A stretch of DNA of 64,000 nt from a virus. The stretch is from the IMG/VR virus record IMGVR_UViG_3300033149_002876, positions 4,118-68,117 of that record, one strand, 5' to 3'. Each line of letters begins with the position of its first letter. The stretch's first letter is position 1. Position numbers and translations under genes: made by a program. Shown here in pieces: positions 9,299 through 18,691 of the stretch. The notes beneath the pieces are model-generated. The model made no database searches. It was not told where the DNA came from and worked only from the letters and a program-made list of their open reading frames with translations.

Positions 9299-9662
9299 AA
9301 TTGAAAAGAAGGAAATAGTAACAGAGTATTTAATACATCTTAAAGATTTACCACGAAAAATTATGGTGAAAGAGTTTCATGTAATTAAAAATGGTGTTCC
9401 AGAGAAACCTACATCATGGGAATTCTTAACTCTTTTTAATGAACCGATGAAAGGCCCAAAGGGTGAATCTCTTAATATTCAGATTCAATGCGGTAAAAAG
9501 ATTGAAGATGCTAAATCATTTGAACGTGCTTTTGAGAGATTTGATAAACATGCTGATGGGGAACTTGAGAAAGCAAAAAAAGAATTGTCGCTGAAGATGT
9601 CTGGTTTGATATTACCAGGACAACAGCAGACACCCCCTAATCAAAATCCTTTTGCGAGATAA
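9291..9662 (+). CDS. Hypothetical protein
   Basis: ORF with SD; tight gene packing. Confidence 0.6.
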   Translation: MNEIEKKEIVTEYLIHLKDLPRKIMVKEFHVIKNGVPEKPTSWEFLTLFNEPMKGPKGESLNIQIQCGKKIEDAKSFERAFERFDKHADGELEKAKKELSLKMSGLILPGQQQTPPNQNPFAR

Positions 9663-9668
9663 TAAAAG

Positions 9669-9875
9669 ATGAAAAAAGGTTATTTGGTTATGAAGGGAAT
9701 AAAGACCATAGGCATAAAAGATGCTTTTAAAGAAACAGTTCAAATTTCTGTAGTTAATAAAGAAGAAAAGGTGATTGGATTAGCTCCAATATATTCAAAT
9801 AAAAAGTTTGCTAAGAAAGCTTCTGAAAAAGGAAAGTATAATGTGGTTGAAGTGGTGGTGGGAGATTTTGAATGA
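9669..9875 (+). CDS. Hypothetical protein
   Basis: ORF in operon. Confidence 0.55.
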   Translation: MKKGYLVMKGIKTIGIKDAFKETVQISVVNKEEKVIGLAPIYSNKKFAKKASEKGKYNVVEVVVGDFE

Positions 9876-10075
9876 CAGACAATGATTTAATGCCCTGGGG
9901 AAAACATAAAAACAAAAAGATGAAAGATGTACCATCTCAATATTTGCTTTGGCTTTATGAAGCAGTTGAAGATGATGGTGCTCCTGAAGATGGTAATTGT
10001 GTTAAGGAATCAGTATTAAATTATATTGAAGATAATTTGGATGAAATTGAAAAGGAGAATGAAAATGATTCATGA
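9872..10075 (+). CDS. DUF3820-like small protein
   Basis: MPWGKHKNKKMKDVPSQYLLWL motif. Confidence 0.7.
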   Translation: MTDNDLMPWGKHKNKKMKDVPSQYLLWLYEAVEDDGAPEDGNCVKESVLNYIEDNLDEIEKENENDS

Positions 10076-10556
10076 AGATGAAAAGTATAATGAGCCATCT
10101 GCTGTATTAGATTTGTTAATTCCAGAAGATGAACCTGTGTTTTTAATTAGAGGAACAGATCCATCTGCTCAGTATATTTTAAATGAATGGATAGATACGA
10201 ATTGGAGCATGTTATCTGAAGAAAAAAGAGTCAGTGTTTCAGCTCATGCCAGAAAGATGGCTAATTATTATTATAATAAGAATAGAGAAAAAAAGCAACC
10301 CAAATTAAAGAAAAAGAAGTTTGCATATAAATACGCAAAATTTGAAATTGATCCTGAAGGTTGTGGTAAAGAAATTTATAATTGTATTGATATAAATAAT
10401 AATCGTATTATTGGGCAGGTTTCATATAAAAGTGAAACGGGATGGACTTTTGATTTTGAGCCTATTTTTTCGGATACGGATACACAGTTTTATCCTCAAT
10501 GTGTAAATAATATAGAAGATTTTCTTAAGCAATTAAGTAAAAGAGGTAGTATTTAA
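10065..10556 (+). CDS. Hypothetical two-domain protein
   Basis: N-terminal PEDEPVFLIRGTD; C-terminal domain paralogous to the N-terminus of 10884-11390. Confidence 0.6.
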   Translation: MIHEDEKYNEPSAVLDLLIPEDEPVFLIRGTDPSAQYILNEWIDTNWSMLSEEKRVSVSAHARKMANYYYNKNREKKQPKLKKKKFAYKYAKFEIDPEGCGKEIYNCIDINNNRIIGQVSYKSETGWTFDFEPIFSDTDTQFYPQCVNNIEDFLKQLSKRGSI

Positions 10557-10558
10557 AA

Positions 10559-10753
10559 ATGAAAATTAAATTGAAACTAAAAGGTGAGAAGAAGTGGAAG
10601 AGCATTGAAAAGGATTATACATTAGCCCGGACAGTTGAAAACTTTGCTGAACAGGAAATGCTTGAAGCTCCAGATATTGTAGAAATAAAAGGTGAAGGGG
10701 AATTTAAAATATCTCTTATTTCTGAACCTCAATATTATGCTGAGAGGATATAG
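10559..10753 (+). CDS. Hypothetical protein
   Basis: ORF with GAGG SD. Confidence 0.55.
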   Translation: MKIKLKLKGEKKWKSIEKDYTLARTVENFAEQEMLEAPDIVEIKGEGEFKISLISEPQYYAERI

Positions 10754-10755
10754 AA

Positions 10756-10887
10756 ATGAAATGTAGGATATGTAGATATGCTATAGTGTTTGATTTGCTG
10801 AAACCCAAAAGAAAATATAATTGCACAATTCATGAAAACCCAATAGCTAATTGTAAACAGTTTGAAAGAGTGGAGAAGAAAAAATGA
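10756..10887 (+). CDS. Small Cys-rich protein (43 aa)
   Basis: Manually read MKCRICRY...CTIH...CKQF; ATGA overlap with the next gene. Confidence 0.5.
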   Translation: MKCRICRYAIVFDLLKPKRKYNCTIHENPIANCKQFERVEKKK

Positions 10888-11390
10888 GAATGAACTACCA
10901 ATGGCTTAGGTTTGAGATAGATGATAGTGAAGGTGGAAAAGAAATATATAATTGTACGAATACATTTGATGGTAAGGTTATTGGGCATGTTGAATATTCT
11001 CTTAATTCAAAGCAGTATAGTTTTTTCCCTGCTTACGGAAATCATATTTTAACTCCTCATATTATGAGAGACATATTACATTTTTTGAATCAATTGCAAC
11101 GACATAAAGAAATAGATAAAATTAAATGGAGAACAGAAGCTCCAGAAATAAAAACAAAATTAGTAATTTTTTATGGTGGATCTTTGCATGGGACATCTAA
11201 AAGAGTAAATATTTTTAATGTCCATTGGTTTTATAATGCTGTATATCCAGAATTTAATCCAGGTTTGTATGAAGAAGGTTTTCCCCAGGAACCTGAATTT
11301 ATTGGAAAAGAAATATATAAATTAAAAGAAGTAAGATTCCCAAAATCTAAAATATCAATATATCGTTTTGTTTTTCAAAGTAAGGAATAA
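10884..11390 (+). CDS. Hypothetical two-domain protein
   Basis: FEID..GKEIYNC..IG.V.Y domain shared with 10065-10556. Confidence 0.6.
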   Translation: MRMNYQWLRFEIDDSEGGKEIYNCTNTFDGKVIGHVEYSLNSKQYSFFPAYGNHILTPHIMRDILHFLNQLQRHKEIDKIKWRTEAPEIKTKLVIFYGGSLHGTSKRVNIFNVHWFYNAVYPEFNPGLYEEGFPQEPEFIGKEIYKLKEVRFPKSKISIYRFVFQSKE

Positions 11391-11398
11391 GAAATAAA

Positions 11399-11638
11399 AT
11401 GGAAAGAATTAAATGTGCTGCAGTAAGAAAATATTTCCTTCTCTATGAAGGTGAAAGCCATGCTCAAATAGGAAAGGATCATCCAGGAATATTAAAAAAT
11501 GGTATTCAAGGATTTGTTACTGAGTCAGGTCAGTTTGTAGGAAGGTCTGTAGCATTAGGTATTGCCCAGGAAGCTGGACAAATAGTAAAGAAGCATGGCA
11601 ATAAGAAATTATTGTTTTCAGAAGATTTAAAGGAATAA
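11399..11638 (+). CDS. Hypothetical phage protein
   Basis: QGFVT..G.FV.R..A..IA..AGQ...LFSEDL pattern typical of small phage proteins. Confidence 0.6.
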   Translation: MERIKCAAVRKYFLLYEGESHAQIGKDHPGILKNGIQGFVTESGQFVGRSVALGIAQEAGQIVKKHGNKKLLFSEDLKE

Positions 11639-11641
11639 GAA

Positions 11642-11926
11642 ATGGAATGGAAAGATAAATTAAAGAATTGTCCTTTATGTAATGAACCGGCTCATGTTCC
11701 CCGGATTGGATCACTTGAGAAAACACATTGCACTGATATGGATTGTTCATTACATACTGTTTTTATAGATTGTGAGGAATGGAATACCCGTCCAATAGAA
11801 TCAAAAATAAAAGAGATTGTGGAAATATGGAAACGAGAAGGGATTGTTCAAACATCAGATGGAACTATAGAAGATGTTGTTTTAAAAATTATTAACGGAG
11901 AGAAATTGAAAAGGGAATATAAATAA
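11642..11926 (+). CDS. Lar-like (restriction alleviation) Zn-ribbon protein
   Basis: LKNCPLC...C..C...WNTRP pattern. Confidence 0.5.
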   Translation: MEWKDKLKNCPLCNEPAHVPRIGSLEKTHCTDMDCSLHTVFIDCEEWNTRPIESKIKEIVEIWKREGIVQTSDGTIEDVVLKIINGEKLKREYK

Positions 11927-11929
11927 AAA

Positions 11930-12000
11930 GTGGGTGGGGTATGTAGGTCGGCAATCAGCCGGGTTGCTAGGCTTACTAAGAGTGTATATGCCCCATCCAC
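11930..12000 (+). ncRNA. Candidate structured intergenic RNA
   Basis: 16-bp closing stem (11930-11945 with 11985-12000, including G-U pairs) enclosing hairpin GGCAATC-AGCCG-GGTTGCT; GC-rich island. Confidence 0.45.
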
Positions 12001-12026
12001 CCTATTTTAAAAAAGGAATAAATAAA

Positions 12027-12236
12027 ATGGATAAATTAGAAGCAGATGTAAAATTGTTGATGGATCATATGTATAAGACTGAATGTAGATATTTTATTGG
12101 TGATGAAGAAGAATGTAATCGACCTGGTAATGACGCTTTTAATAGAAGATGTAAAGCGGATTTTATTCCTCATCATATAGCTTGTAATTGTTATGGTGAT
12201 ATAAGGGAATGTGATTTTCCATTAGAGCATTTGTAA
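12027..12236 (+). CDS. Cys-rich hypothetical protein
   Basis: ATG 12027 after AAGGA; preferred over the GTG at 11934. Confidence 0.55.
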   Translation: MDKLEADVKLLMDHMYKTECRYFIGDEEECNRPGNDAFNRRCKADFIPHHIACNCYGDIRECDFPLEHL

Positions 12237-12248
12237 GGAATAAATAAA

Positions 12249-12440
12249 ATGGAAAATGAAGCAACTTGTATTGATTGTGCGTCAGCACTTCCATTAAAGG
12301 TTTTACATAGCAACGCTGGATATTATATTGGAACATTTTGTTCATGCTGTGGCCCATATAGTAGGGAGAGTGAATATTTCAAAACCCGTGATGAAGCAGA
12401 AAAAGAATTGAAGTTTATTTTAAAATCGGAAAAGGAATAA
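12249..12440 (+). CDS. Small Zn-binding phage protein
   Basis: CIDC...SNAGYYIGTFCSCCGPYSRESEYF. Confidence 0.6.
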   Translation: MENEATCIDCASALPLKVLHSNAGYYIGTFCSCCGPYSRESEYFKTRDEAEKELKFILKSEKE

Positions 12441-12441
12441 A

Positions 12442-12633
12442 ATGAGTGAATATAATAAATATAATGAGTGTGATGAATGTCCAATAATAGAAGATAAATT
12501 AAAATTGTTGGGACAAAAGAGGGAACTCAAGAAAGTATTAAACAAAATTAAAAAGCTAGTTAATTCAAAGGACTGTAATTGTAATAAAATCCTAGAAGTT
12601 ATTAATGATATTAAAAATAAGAGAGAGGAGTAA
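12442..12633 (+). CDS. Hypothetical protein
   Basis: ORF with SD. Confidence 0.5.
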   Translation: MSEYNKYNECDECPIIEDKLKLLGQKRELKKVLNKIKKLVNSKDCNCNKILEVINDIKNKREE

Positions 12634-12640
12634 TACATCA

Positions 12641-12751
12641 GCCCCTTGAACTATATGCGACTTATAAACACAGTTTGCACATATATAGTTTTAAACTAAT
12701 GACCTATTAGCTTAAATAAGAACTGTTCGTTTAAGATAGGTTTACAAGGGC
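12641..12751 (+). ncRNA. Candidate multi-stem RNA upstream of the terminase genes
   Basis: Outer CCCTTG/CAAGGG stem enclosing two hairpins (AACTATAT/ATATAGTT; ACCTAT..CTTAAA/TTTAAG.ATAGGT). Confidence 0.4.
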
Positions 12752-12890
12752 GCTCTGGGATCAGACGAGAGTGGTGGAGGCTCCTCTTTTTCTTATAAAA
12801 ATCCATGCAAGTGGAGGTCTGTATAATAAATATTATATATTTATTACCTGGGGGTGTTATTAAAATAATCAAAGTTTTTTTATTTTTTAC

Positions 12891-12922
12891 TTGATTTTTA
12901 TAAAGTTATAAGTAATAATATA
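12891..12922 (+). promoter_or_regulatory. Putative late promoter TTGATT...AAGTAATAATATA
   Basis: Same architecture at 18590-18620; directly upstream of terS. Confidence 0.65.
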
Positions 12923-12926
12923 GAAG

Positions 12927-13493
12927 ATGGTATTAACCAATCACGACCTAACCATTATGTATATAGGGGGTTTTTGGAAATTGAGCAAACTAGCGAAGAG
13001 AGCAAGAAAAAGAAAAACAAAACAGAAAACTACCAAAGTCATAAAACGTAAAGGCAAAATCAATCCTGAACGATTAATAAAAGCAATCGAAGATTCATAC
13101 GGAAACATAGAGACAATAGCTTATAAAATGAACAGATCGTATGCAGTCATTTACAAACACATTAAAAACGCTCCCCCTGAGATAAAAGATATATATGATC
13201 GTGAGAATGAGCGTATCCTGGATGTAGCGGAAGAAACGGTCGTAGATATGGCTATGCAGCGTTTGCACTTTCCAACGGCTTTAAACGCCTCTAAATTCAT
13301 TCTGACGCATCATAAGAAATCTGAGAGTAAGGGATATAAAGAAAAGAGGCAACTAACATTGGAAGGTGGGGAAAATCCATTGAAGGTCCAGAATGAAAAT
13401 GTTGTATCTTTGGATGAAATGAAATCATGGCCTTTATCTCTTAGAAAAAAGATGTTGGCTGAAATGGAAGAAAAGGAAAAAGATGAAGATTAA
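12927..13493 (+). CDS. Terminase small subunit
   Basis: HTH (GNIETIAYKMNRSYAVIY), LDVAEE and KFIL...GYKEK; upstream of terL. Start uncertain. Confidence 0.7.
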   Translation: MVLTNHDLTIMYIGGFWKLSKLAKRARKRKTKQKTTKVIKRKGKINPERLIKAIEDSYGNIETIAYKMNRSYAVIYKHIKNAPPEIKDIYDRENERILDVAEETVVDMAMQRLHFPTALNASKFILTHHKKSESKGYKEKRQLTLEGGENPLKVQNENVVSLDEMKSWPLSLRKKMLAEMEEKEKDED

Positions 13494-13695
13494 AAAAAGT
13501 AATATAATAAATAATGCTCTTAGAAATGTTTTAAAAAGGGTGATTGAGTTATTCCCGAAACAATTTAAAAGAATAAAACCATGGAAACAGGAAAATATCC
13601 ACGGGGAAATGCCTGGGGGTGGTTGTTGTAAAAGGGCTACAGGCCAATTTTGTTTTGAGCATAACCCGGATAATTATAAGAAGGAAAAAGAATAA
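13483..13695 (+). CDS. Hypothetical protein
   Basis: ORF between terS and terL. Confidence 0.5.
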   Translation: MKIKKSNIINNALRNVLKRVIELFPKQFKRIKPWKQENIHGEMPGGGCCKRATGQFCFEHNPDNYKKEKE

Positions 13696-13901
13696 TGGGA
13701 TATGTACCACCGCCATTAATGTTATCCAGAAAAGAGTTTGAGAAAAGATATAAAGCAGGAGCCAGAACAATGAAAGAATTAGATCCAGCTTTGGTTAAAT
13801 GGTCTGCTAAGAATGATTTGGTTTTTAAAATTTATATGTTTAGTGTAATTCTTTTTTTTATTGTTTTTATATTTCTTATGATATTGGCAATAACCAAATG
13901 A
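13695..13901 (+). CDS. Small membrane protein
   Basis: C-terminal hydrophobic helix; overlaps the terL start. Confidence 0.55.
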   Translation: MGYVPPPLMLSRKEFEKRYKAGARTMKELDPALVKWSAKNDLVFKIYMFSVILFFIVFIFLMILAITK

Positions 13902-15382
13902 CCGTAACTGAAGCTCCTATGATTAGTAAAAACCTACTCCAGAAATCCATACTCCAAGATTCCTTCTTTGAATTCATGCAATACCATTGGGATACAGTTG
14001 TTCCTGAAGAACCAGTATGGAACTGGCATATTGAATATATATGTGATGAAATGCAAAAAGTAGCTGAACGGGTATTTAATAATGAAAAGAAAAAATACGA
14101 CTTAGTTATAAATGTCCCCCCTGGTTCAACTAAATCAACTATCTGTTCTATTATGTTCCCACCTTGGACTTGGATCAATATGCCTTCAGCAAGATCCATA
14201 TGCAGTTCTTATTCTAATCCTCTTTCCCTTCAGTTATCCAGGAAAAGCAGGGATGTGGTTAATTCAGATAAATATCAAAATTTGTTTGATGTTAGACTTA
14301 GACAAGATCAGCAAACTAAAAGTAATTTTGAGAATATCCAAGGTGGATATAGGTATGCTACTTCAGTTGGTGGAACAGCAATGGGATTTCATGCTCATTT
14401 TCTTATTGCAGATGATCTCCTTAATCCTTTGGAAGCAGCATCAGAAGTAGGACTTAAAAATGCAAACAGTCATCTTAGAGATACCCTTTCCACTAGAAAG
14501 GTTGATAAAGATGTCACAGTAACAGTATTGATAATGCAGAGATTACATGAAGATGATCCAACAGCAATGACACTTAATCAGAAAAAAGCAAAAGTCCGGC
14601 ATATAAATTTACCAGCTGAAATAACACTTGGAAAGAAAATGACAGTACGTCCAAGATCATTAAAAAGAAAGTATAAAAAAGATCCAGATAAAAAAGGAAC
14701 ACAGCTCTTAGATCCAATAAGGTTAAACAGATCAGTATTGGATGAAGCTTTAGATAAACTTCTTGAATATAGTTATGCTGGTCAATTCCTGCAGAGCCCA
14801 GTACCCTTAGAAGGGGGAATGTTTAAAACAGCAAGAATTCATGCTGACATTCCTCCAGTAAGTAGAAATGATTGGATACAAAAGGTGAGGTTTTGGGATA
14901 AAGCAGGAACAGAAGGTGGAGGAGCTTTTACTGTTGGTCTGTTAATGGGAGAGGATAAACAAAATCGTTTTTGGATATTAGATGTAATAAGAGTTCAACT
15001 GGATACATGGGAAAGAGAAAAGTTAGTAAAACAAACAGCTAAAATAGATATATCAAATGAACCTAGAACTAAAATAGGTATTGAGCAAGAACCAGGATCA
15101 GGGGGGAAAGAATCTGCTTTAGGTACTATTAAGAATTTAGCAGGATTTAATATTGAAGCAGTTAATCCCACAGGAGATAAGGTACAAAGAGCTGTTTCAT
15201 TCTCTAAGCAGGTAAATGGAGAGAATGTTTATATGGCTCCAGGAGAATGGAATCAAACTTACATAAATGAATTAACGCTATTCCCAAATAGCAAATATAA
15301 AGATCAAGTGGATGCTTCAAGTGGAGCATTTACATTAATGACATTTTCAGAACAAGTTGAAGTAGGAGCTTATTTAAGATGA
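13898..15382 (+). CDS. terL: Terminase large subunit
   Basis: NVPPGSTKS, IADD, IMQRLHEDD, WDKA, IEQEPGSGGK and KDQVDA. Confidence 0.95.
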   Translation: MTVTEAPMISKNLLQKSILQDSFFEFMQYHWDTVVPEEPVWNWHIEYICDEMQKVAERVFNNEKKKYDLVINVPPGSTKSTICSIMFPPWTWINMPSARSICSSYSNPLSLQLSRKSRDVVNSDKYQNLFDVRLRQDQQTKSNFENIQGGYRYATSVGGTAMGFHAHFLIADDLLNPLEAASEVGLKNANSHLRDTLSTRKVDKDVTVTVLIMQRLHEDDPTAMTLNQKKAKVRHINLPAEITLGKKMTVRPRSLKRKYKKDPDKKGTQLLDPIRLNRSVLDEALDKLLEYSYAGQFLQSPVPLEGGMFKTARIHADIPPVSRNDWIQKVRFWDKAGTEGGGAFTVGLLMGEDKQNRFWILDVIRVQLDTWEREKLVKQTAKIDISNEPRTKIGIEQEPGSGGKESALGTIKNLAGFNIEAVNPTGDKVQRAVSFSKQVNGENVYMAPGEWNQTYINELTLFPNSKYKDQVDASSGAFTLMTFSEQVEVGAYLR

Positions 15383-16887
15383 AAAAAATAAAAAGATTTA
15401 AGAAGAAAGCAAAAGAAGTGACTGAACAAACATTTAATGGAATTGTTACTGAGATTATGTCAAATGAAAAAGATAGGGGTATGATTAGAAATGCTATTAG
15501 TGGAGCAATCACTAATGAAATTACCTCTAGGACTAATCTTTTAAACAAAACAATTGATGAGCGCAGGGAGATTGATGATGAATGTGGTTATCCCAGTGTA
15601 ATTACTACAGCCCAATACAGAAAAATGTATGACAGGGAAGGGATAGCAACCAGAATTGTTAATCTATACCCGGAAGAGAGTTGGTCACAAGATCCAGTAG
15701 TAGCAGAAGATGAAAAAGCTGACCCAACTGAATTTGAAAAAGCCTGGGCTGAATTAGAACGTGAACTTAAGATTTATTCCTATATGTTTAGAGGTGATGG
15801 ATTGAGCGGAATAGGAAGATTTGGAATAATCCTGTTAGGGTTTGATGATGGAAAACCTCTTCATCAATCTGTTGAGGGTATAAATGAAGAAGGGGAACAG
15901 GTTGGAAGTCCTCAACATAGTCTTATATACCTAAGAGCTTTTGATGAATCTTATGTAAAGGTAAAATCAACAGAAAAGGATATTACAAATAAACGCTATG
16001 GCCTACCTACTTCATATAACATAACATTTGAGAATGAAACAGGCTCTAGCTCTGGTTCCTCAAAAGCAGGAAATAAATCTGTAGTGCATTGGTCAAGAGT
16101 TATTCATATTGCTGATAACAGGGAAAGCTCAGAAGTATTTGGAACTCCACGAATGCAATCCTTGTTCAATCGTCTTTATGATATCAGAAAAATAGCAGGT
16201 GGTTCAGGGGAAATGTTTTGGAAAGGTGGATTTCCAGGATATGTATTTCAGATGGACCCAAAAGCAAGAGAACTATCATCAACTGAGAAAAATACTTTAG
16301 AAGATACTATAGCAGCCTGGACAAACGGTCTTCAGCGAACTATAAGATTGCAGGGAATGGAAATAAAGGGATTGGAGCCTCAATTGGCTGATCCCAAGAA
16401 TCATATAGATGTTCAATTACAAATAATTGCTATTGCTATGGGAGTACCTAAAAGAATATTGATGGGATCAGAGCAAGCCAAATTAGCTTCATCTCAGGAT
16501 AGTGAAAATTGGAGTAAGAGAATGAAGCGCAGACAGAACAAATACTTAACTCCATATCTAATAAGGCCTTTTATTGATAGATTGATTACTTTGGGTGTTT
16601 TACCTGAAGTAGAGCAGTACGATGTTATTTGGCCTGACATGAGTACCCCATCTGAGAAAGATAAAGCTGAAGTGATGAAGATGCAGGTTGAAGCTTATGC
16701 TAGATATGTTAGTGGGACAGTTGGTGAGCTTATCCCAGAAGAAATATTCTTGAAATTGATTGCTGGTTTTGATGAAGAGCAAATAAAAGAAATAATGGAG
16801 AAAGCTGAAACCCGACAGGAAGATATGGAATTGGAAGAAGAGGATTTTGATGAGGAAGAAGATGTAGATGAAGAGGAAACTGAATAA
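15379..16887 (+). CDS. Portal protein (DUF1073-type)
   Basis: Follows terL; VHWSRVIH, GVPKRILMG and LRPFIDRL-like motifs; acidic tail. Confidence 0.85.
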   Translation: MKKIKRFKKKAKEVTEQTFNGIVTEIMSNEKDRGMIRNAISGAITNEITSRTNLLNKTIDERREIDDECGYPSVITTAQYRKMYDREGIATRIVNLYPEESWSQDPVVAEDEKADPTEFEKAWAELERELKIYSYMFRGDGLSGIGRFGIILLGFDDGKPLHQSVEGINEEGEQVGSPQHSLIYLRAFDESYVKVKSTEKDITNKRYGLPTSYNITFENETGSSSGSSKAGNKSVVHWSRVIHIADNRESSEVFGTPRMQSLFNRLYDIRKIAGGSGEMFWKGGFPGYVFQMDPKARELSSTEKNTLEDTIAAWTNGLQRTIRLQGMEIKGLEPQLADPKNHIDVQLQIIAIAMGVPKRILMGSEQAKLASSQDSENWSKRMKRRQNKYLTPYLIRPFIDRLITLGVLPEVEQYDVIWPDMSTPSEKDKAEVMKMQVEAYARYVSGTVGELIPEEIFLKLIAGFDEEQIKEIMEKAETRQEDMELEEEDFDEEEDVDEEETE

Positions 16888-17988
16888 ATGGTTTTACTTA
16901 GACGAGACCCAACCAGAACAACTACAATTCGTAATCAGTATCAAGCTGAAATGCGGAGAAGGTTTAAAGCTCTTCGTAAATTAGTTACTAAAGCAATACT
17001 GGATTTAGATGTTTTAGGATTAGATGAAAGTCAGCCATTATCATTTAATCAAGAACTAATATCAAATGCATTACCAGAAAGACAAGCATGGAGATTCCAA
17101 ACAGATGCTCAGAAACTTACATCATTCCAAACATGGCTACAACAGCAAATTGATCAAGAAATATTAAGTGTAGATGCAAGAGGAAATCCCTGGACAGCTA
17201 AATATGTTGACTCATCCTATAGGAAAGGTGTTGTTCGATCATTTAATGAAGCTAATAAGCAATTGGATGAGCCATTGGGTTTTTATCAAGGGAGAAGATC
17301 ACAATTCCTAGAATCCTCATTTGCTCAACCGGAAAGATTAAGTAAACTCCAATTTCTTTATACAAGATCATTTGAAGAGTTAAAAGGAATCACAGCTGCA
17401 ATGTCTCAGCAATTAAGTCGAGTATTGGCTGGTGGAATTGCTAATGGCAAAGGTGCTAGAGCAATCGCAAGGGAATTAAGTAATACAATTACAGGTATCA
17501 CAAATAAAAGGGCATTAGTATTAGCCCGGACAGAAGTAATTTCTGCTCATGCTGAAGGACAGCTAGATTCATTTCAGGAATTAGGAATTGAAAAGGTTGG
17601 AGTATTAGTTGAATGGGATACAGCCGGTGATGCAGCTGTATGTGAATTATGTGCTCCTCTGCAGGGAGCAATATTAACAATTAAACAGGCAAGAGGAATG
17701 ATTCCCAGGCATCCGAATTGTAGATGTGCTTGGATACCAGCATCAAAAAGTAAAACTAATAGAAAGAAGAAAGTCCAAACACCTGGTAAAATTAAAAGAT
17801 CATTAAAAGCTGAACTGCCTAATAAAACAAGGGCTGGAGATAAAGTTCCTCAGACAGTTAAGGAAGCTAAAAAAAGAAGTTCTTGGGTAGGGAAAGAAAA
17901 AGTAACTACAAATGTATGTGATCATCTTGAAACAAATGAAAAATGGTTTAATAATTATATGGAAGCTTTACGAGATTATAGAAATTGA
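16888..17988 (+). CDS. Head morphogenesis protein (Mu gpF / SPP1 gp7 family)
   Basis: RALVLARTEV, VCELC and PRHPNCRC. Confidence 0.9.
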   Translation: MVLLRRDPTRTTTIRNQYQAEMRRRFKALRKLVTKAILDLDVLGLDESQPLSFNQELISNALPERQAWRFQTDAQKLTSFQTWLQQQIDQEILSVDARGNPWTAKYVDSSYRKGVVRSFNEANKQLDEPLGFYQGRRSQFLESSFAQPERLSKLQFLYTRSFEELKGITAAMSQQLSRVLAGGIANGKGARAIARELSNTITGITNKRALVLARTEVISAHAEGQLDSFQELGIEKVGVLVEWDTAGDAAVCELCAPLQGAILTIKQARGMIPRHPNCRCAWIPASKSKTNRKKKVQTPGKIKRSLKAELPNKTRAGDKVPQTVKEAKKRSSWVGKEKVTTNVCDHLETNEKWFNNYMEALRDYRN

Positions 17989-17998
17989 TAAAGGAGAA

Positions 17999-18397
17999 AT
18001 GAAAGTGGGAAGAAGAAATGGAAAAGGATTACCTTATAATAATTTAGAGGTAACAACTAATGCTAAAGAGCATTTTTTATTTTTATGTAATATGTATGAA
18101 AATATGGGGAAGTTAATTAAGCTCCAATCCCAAACGGTTTCTCATCCTTCATTTAGCAAAACAACAGCCCCAGCTATTTTAGTAAATATGACCCAACAGC
18201 ATCATGAGATGGGAGAAGAGTTAAAAAATATAGGAGCCTATCTTGATTTGATGCCAGGTAAAAATGTATTGAGACCTGAAGAGCCTGAAGGGAAAGAAGT
18301 GGAGGTTGAAGTTGAGAAAGAACCCCCTATGATGTCTGGTGATTTTGTATCTAATATACAACCTGAGGAAGAAAATAATGACAATGACACCTATTAA
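17999..18397 (+). CDS. Hypothetical protein
   Basis: ATG 17999 after AAGGAG. Confidence 0.55.
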   Translation: MKVGRRNGKGLPYNNLEVTTNAKEHFLFLCNMYENMGKLIKLQSQTVSHPSFSKTTAPAILVNMTQQHHEMGEELKNIGAYLDLMPGKNVLRPEEPEGKEVEVEVEKEPPMMSGDFVSNIQPEEENNDNDTY

Positions 18398-18566
18398 AAA
18401 TCCAGAGATATTGAAAAGGCAAGAATTTCAATTACAGTGGATTCAGGGATTATTAGTGTCTGCTCAAAAGCGTAGATGGTACGGGAAAATCACGATGGAG
18501 ATTAAGAATGGCATGGTTCATGAAGTGACTAATATAGAGACATTAAGACCCCCAGAACCCGAATAA
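18378..18566 (+). CDS. Small hypothetical protein
   Basis: WYGKITMEIKNG motif; GAGG SD. Confidence 0.55.
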   Translation: MTMTPIKNPEILKRQEFQLQWIQGLLVSAQKRRWYGKITMEIKNGMVHEVTNIETLRPPEPE

Positions 18567-18589
18567 TTAAAATTTTTTTTATTTTTTTC

Positions 18590-18620
18590 TTGATTTTTTT
18601 AAATAACAAGTAATAATATA
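18590..18620 (+). promoter_or_regulatory. Putative late promoter TTGATT...AAGTAATAATATA
   Basis: Matches 12891-12922; upstream of the capsid operon. Confidence 0.65.
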
Positions 18621-18652
18621 AGCATATATGTAGAATGTAGGAGCCTTTCTAT

Positions 18653-18691
18653 AAAAAGGACCACTTCTTAAATCGAAGCTGGTCTTTTTTT
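18653..18691 (+). terminator. Intrinsic terminator-like hairpin in the capsid-operon leader
   Basis: AAAAAGGACCA-CTTC..GAAG-C-TGGTCTTTTTTT. Confidence 0.6.

Noticed and set aside
11934-12026. N-terminal extension of ORF 11934-12236
   Set aside because: It runs through the RNA stem; ATG 12027 has a proper SD.
12641-12751. Hammerhead ribozyme (CTAATGA resembles CUGAUGA)
   Set aside because: Core mismatch and no GAAA at the required junction.
15379-16887. Anti-CBASS Acb1 label sometimes attached to DUF1073 proteins
   Set aside because: Size and position after terL indicate the portal.
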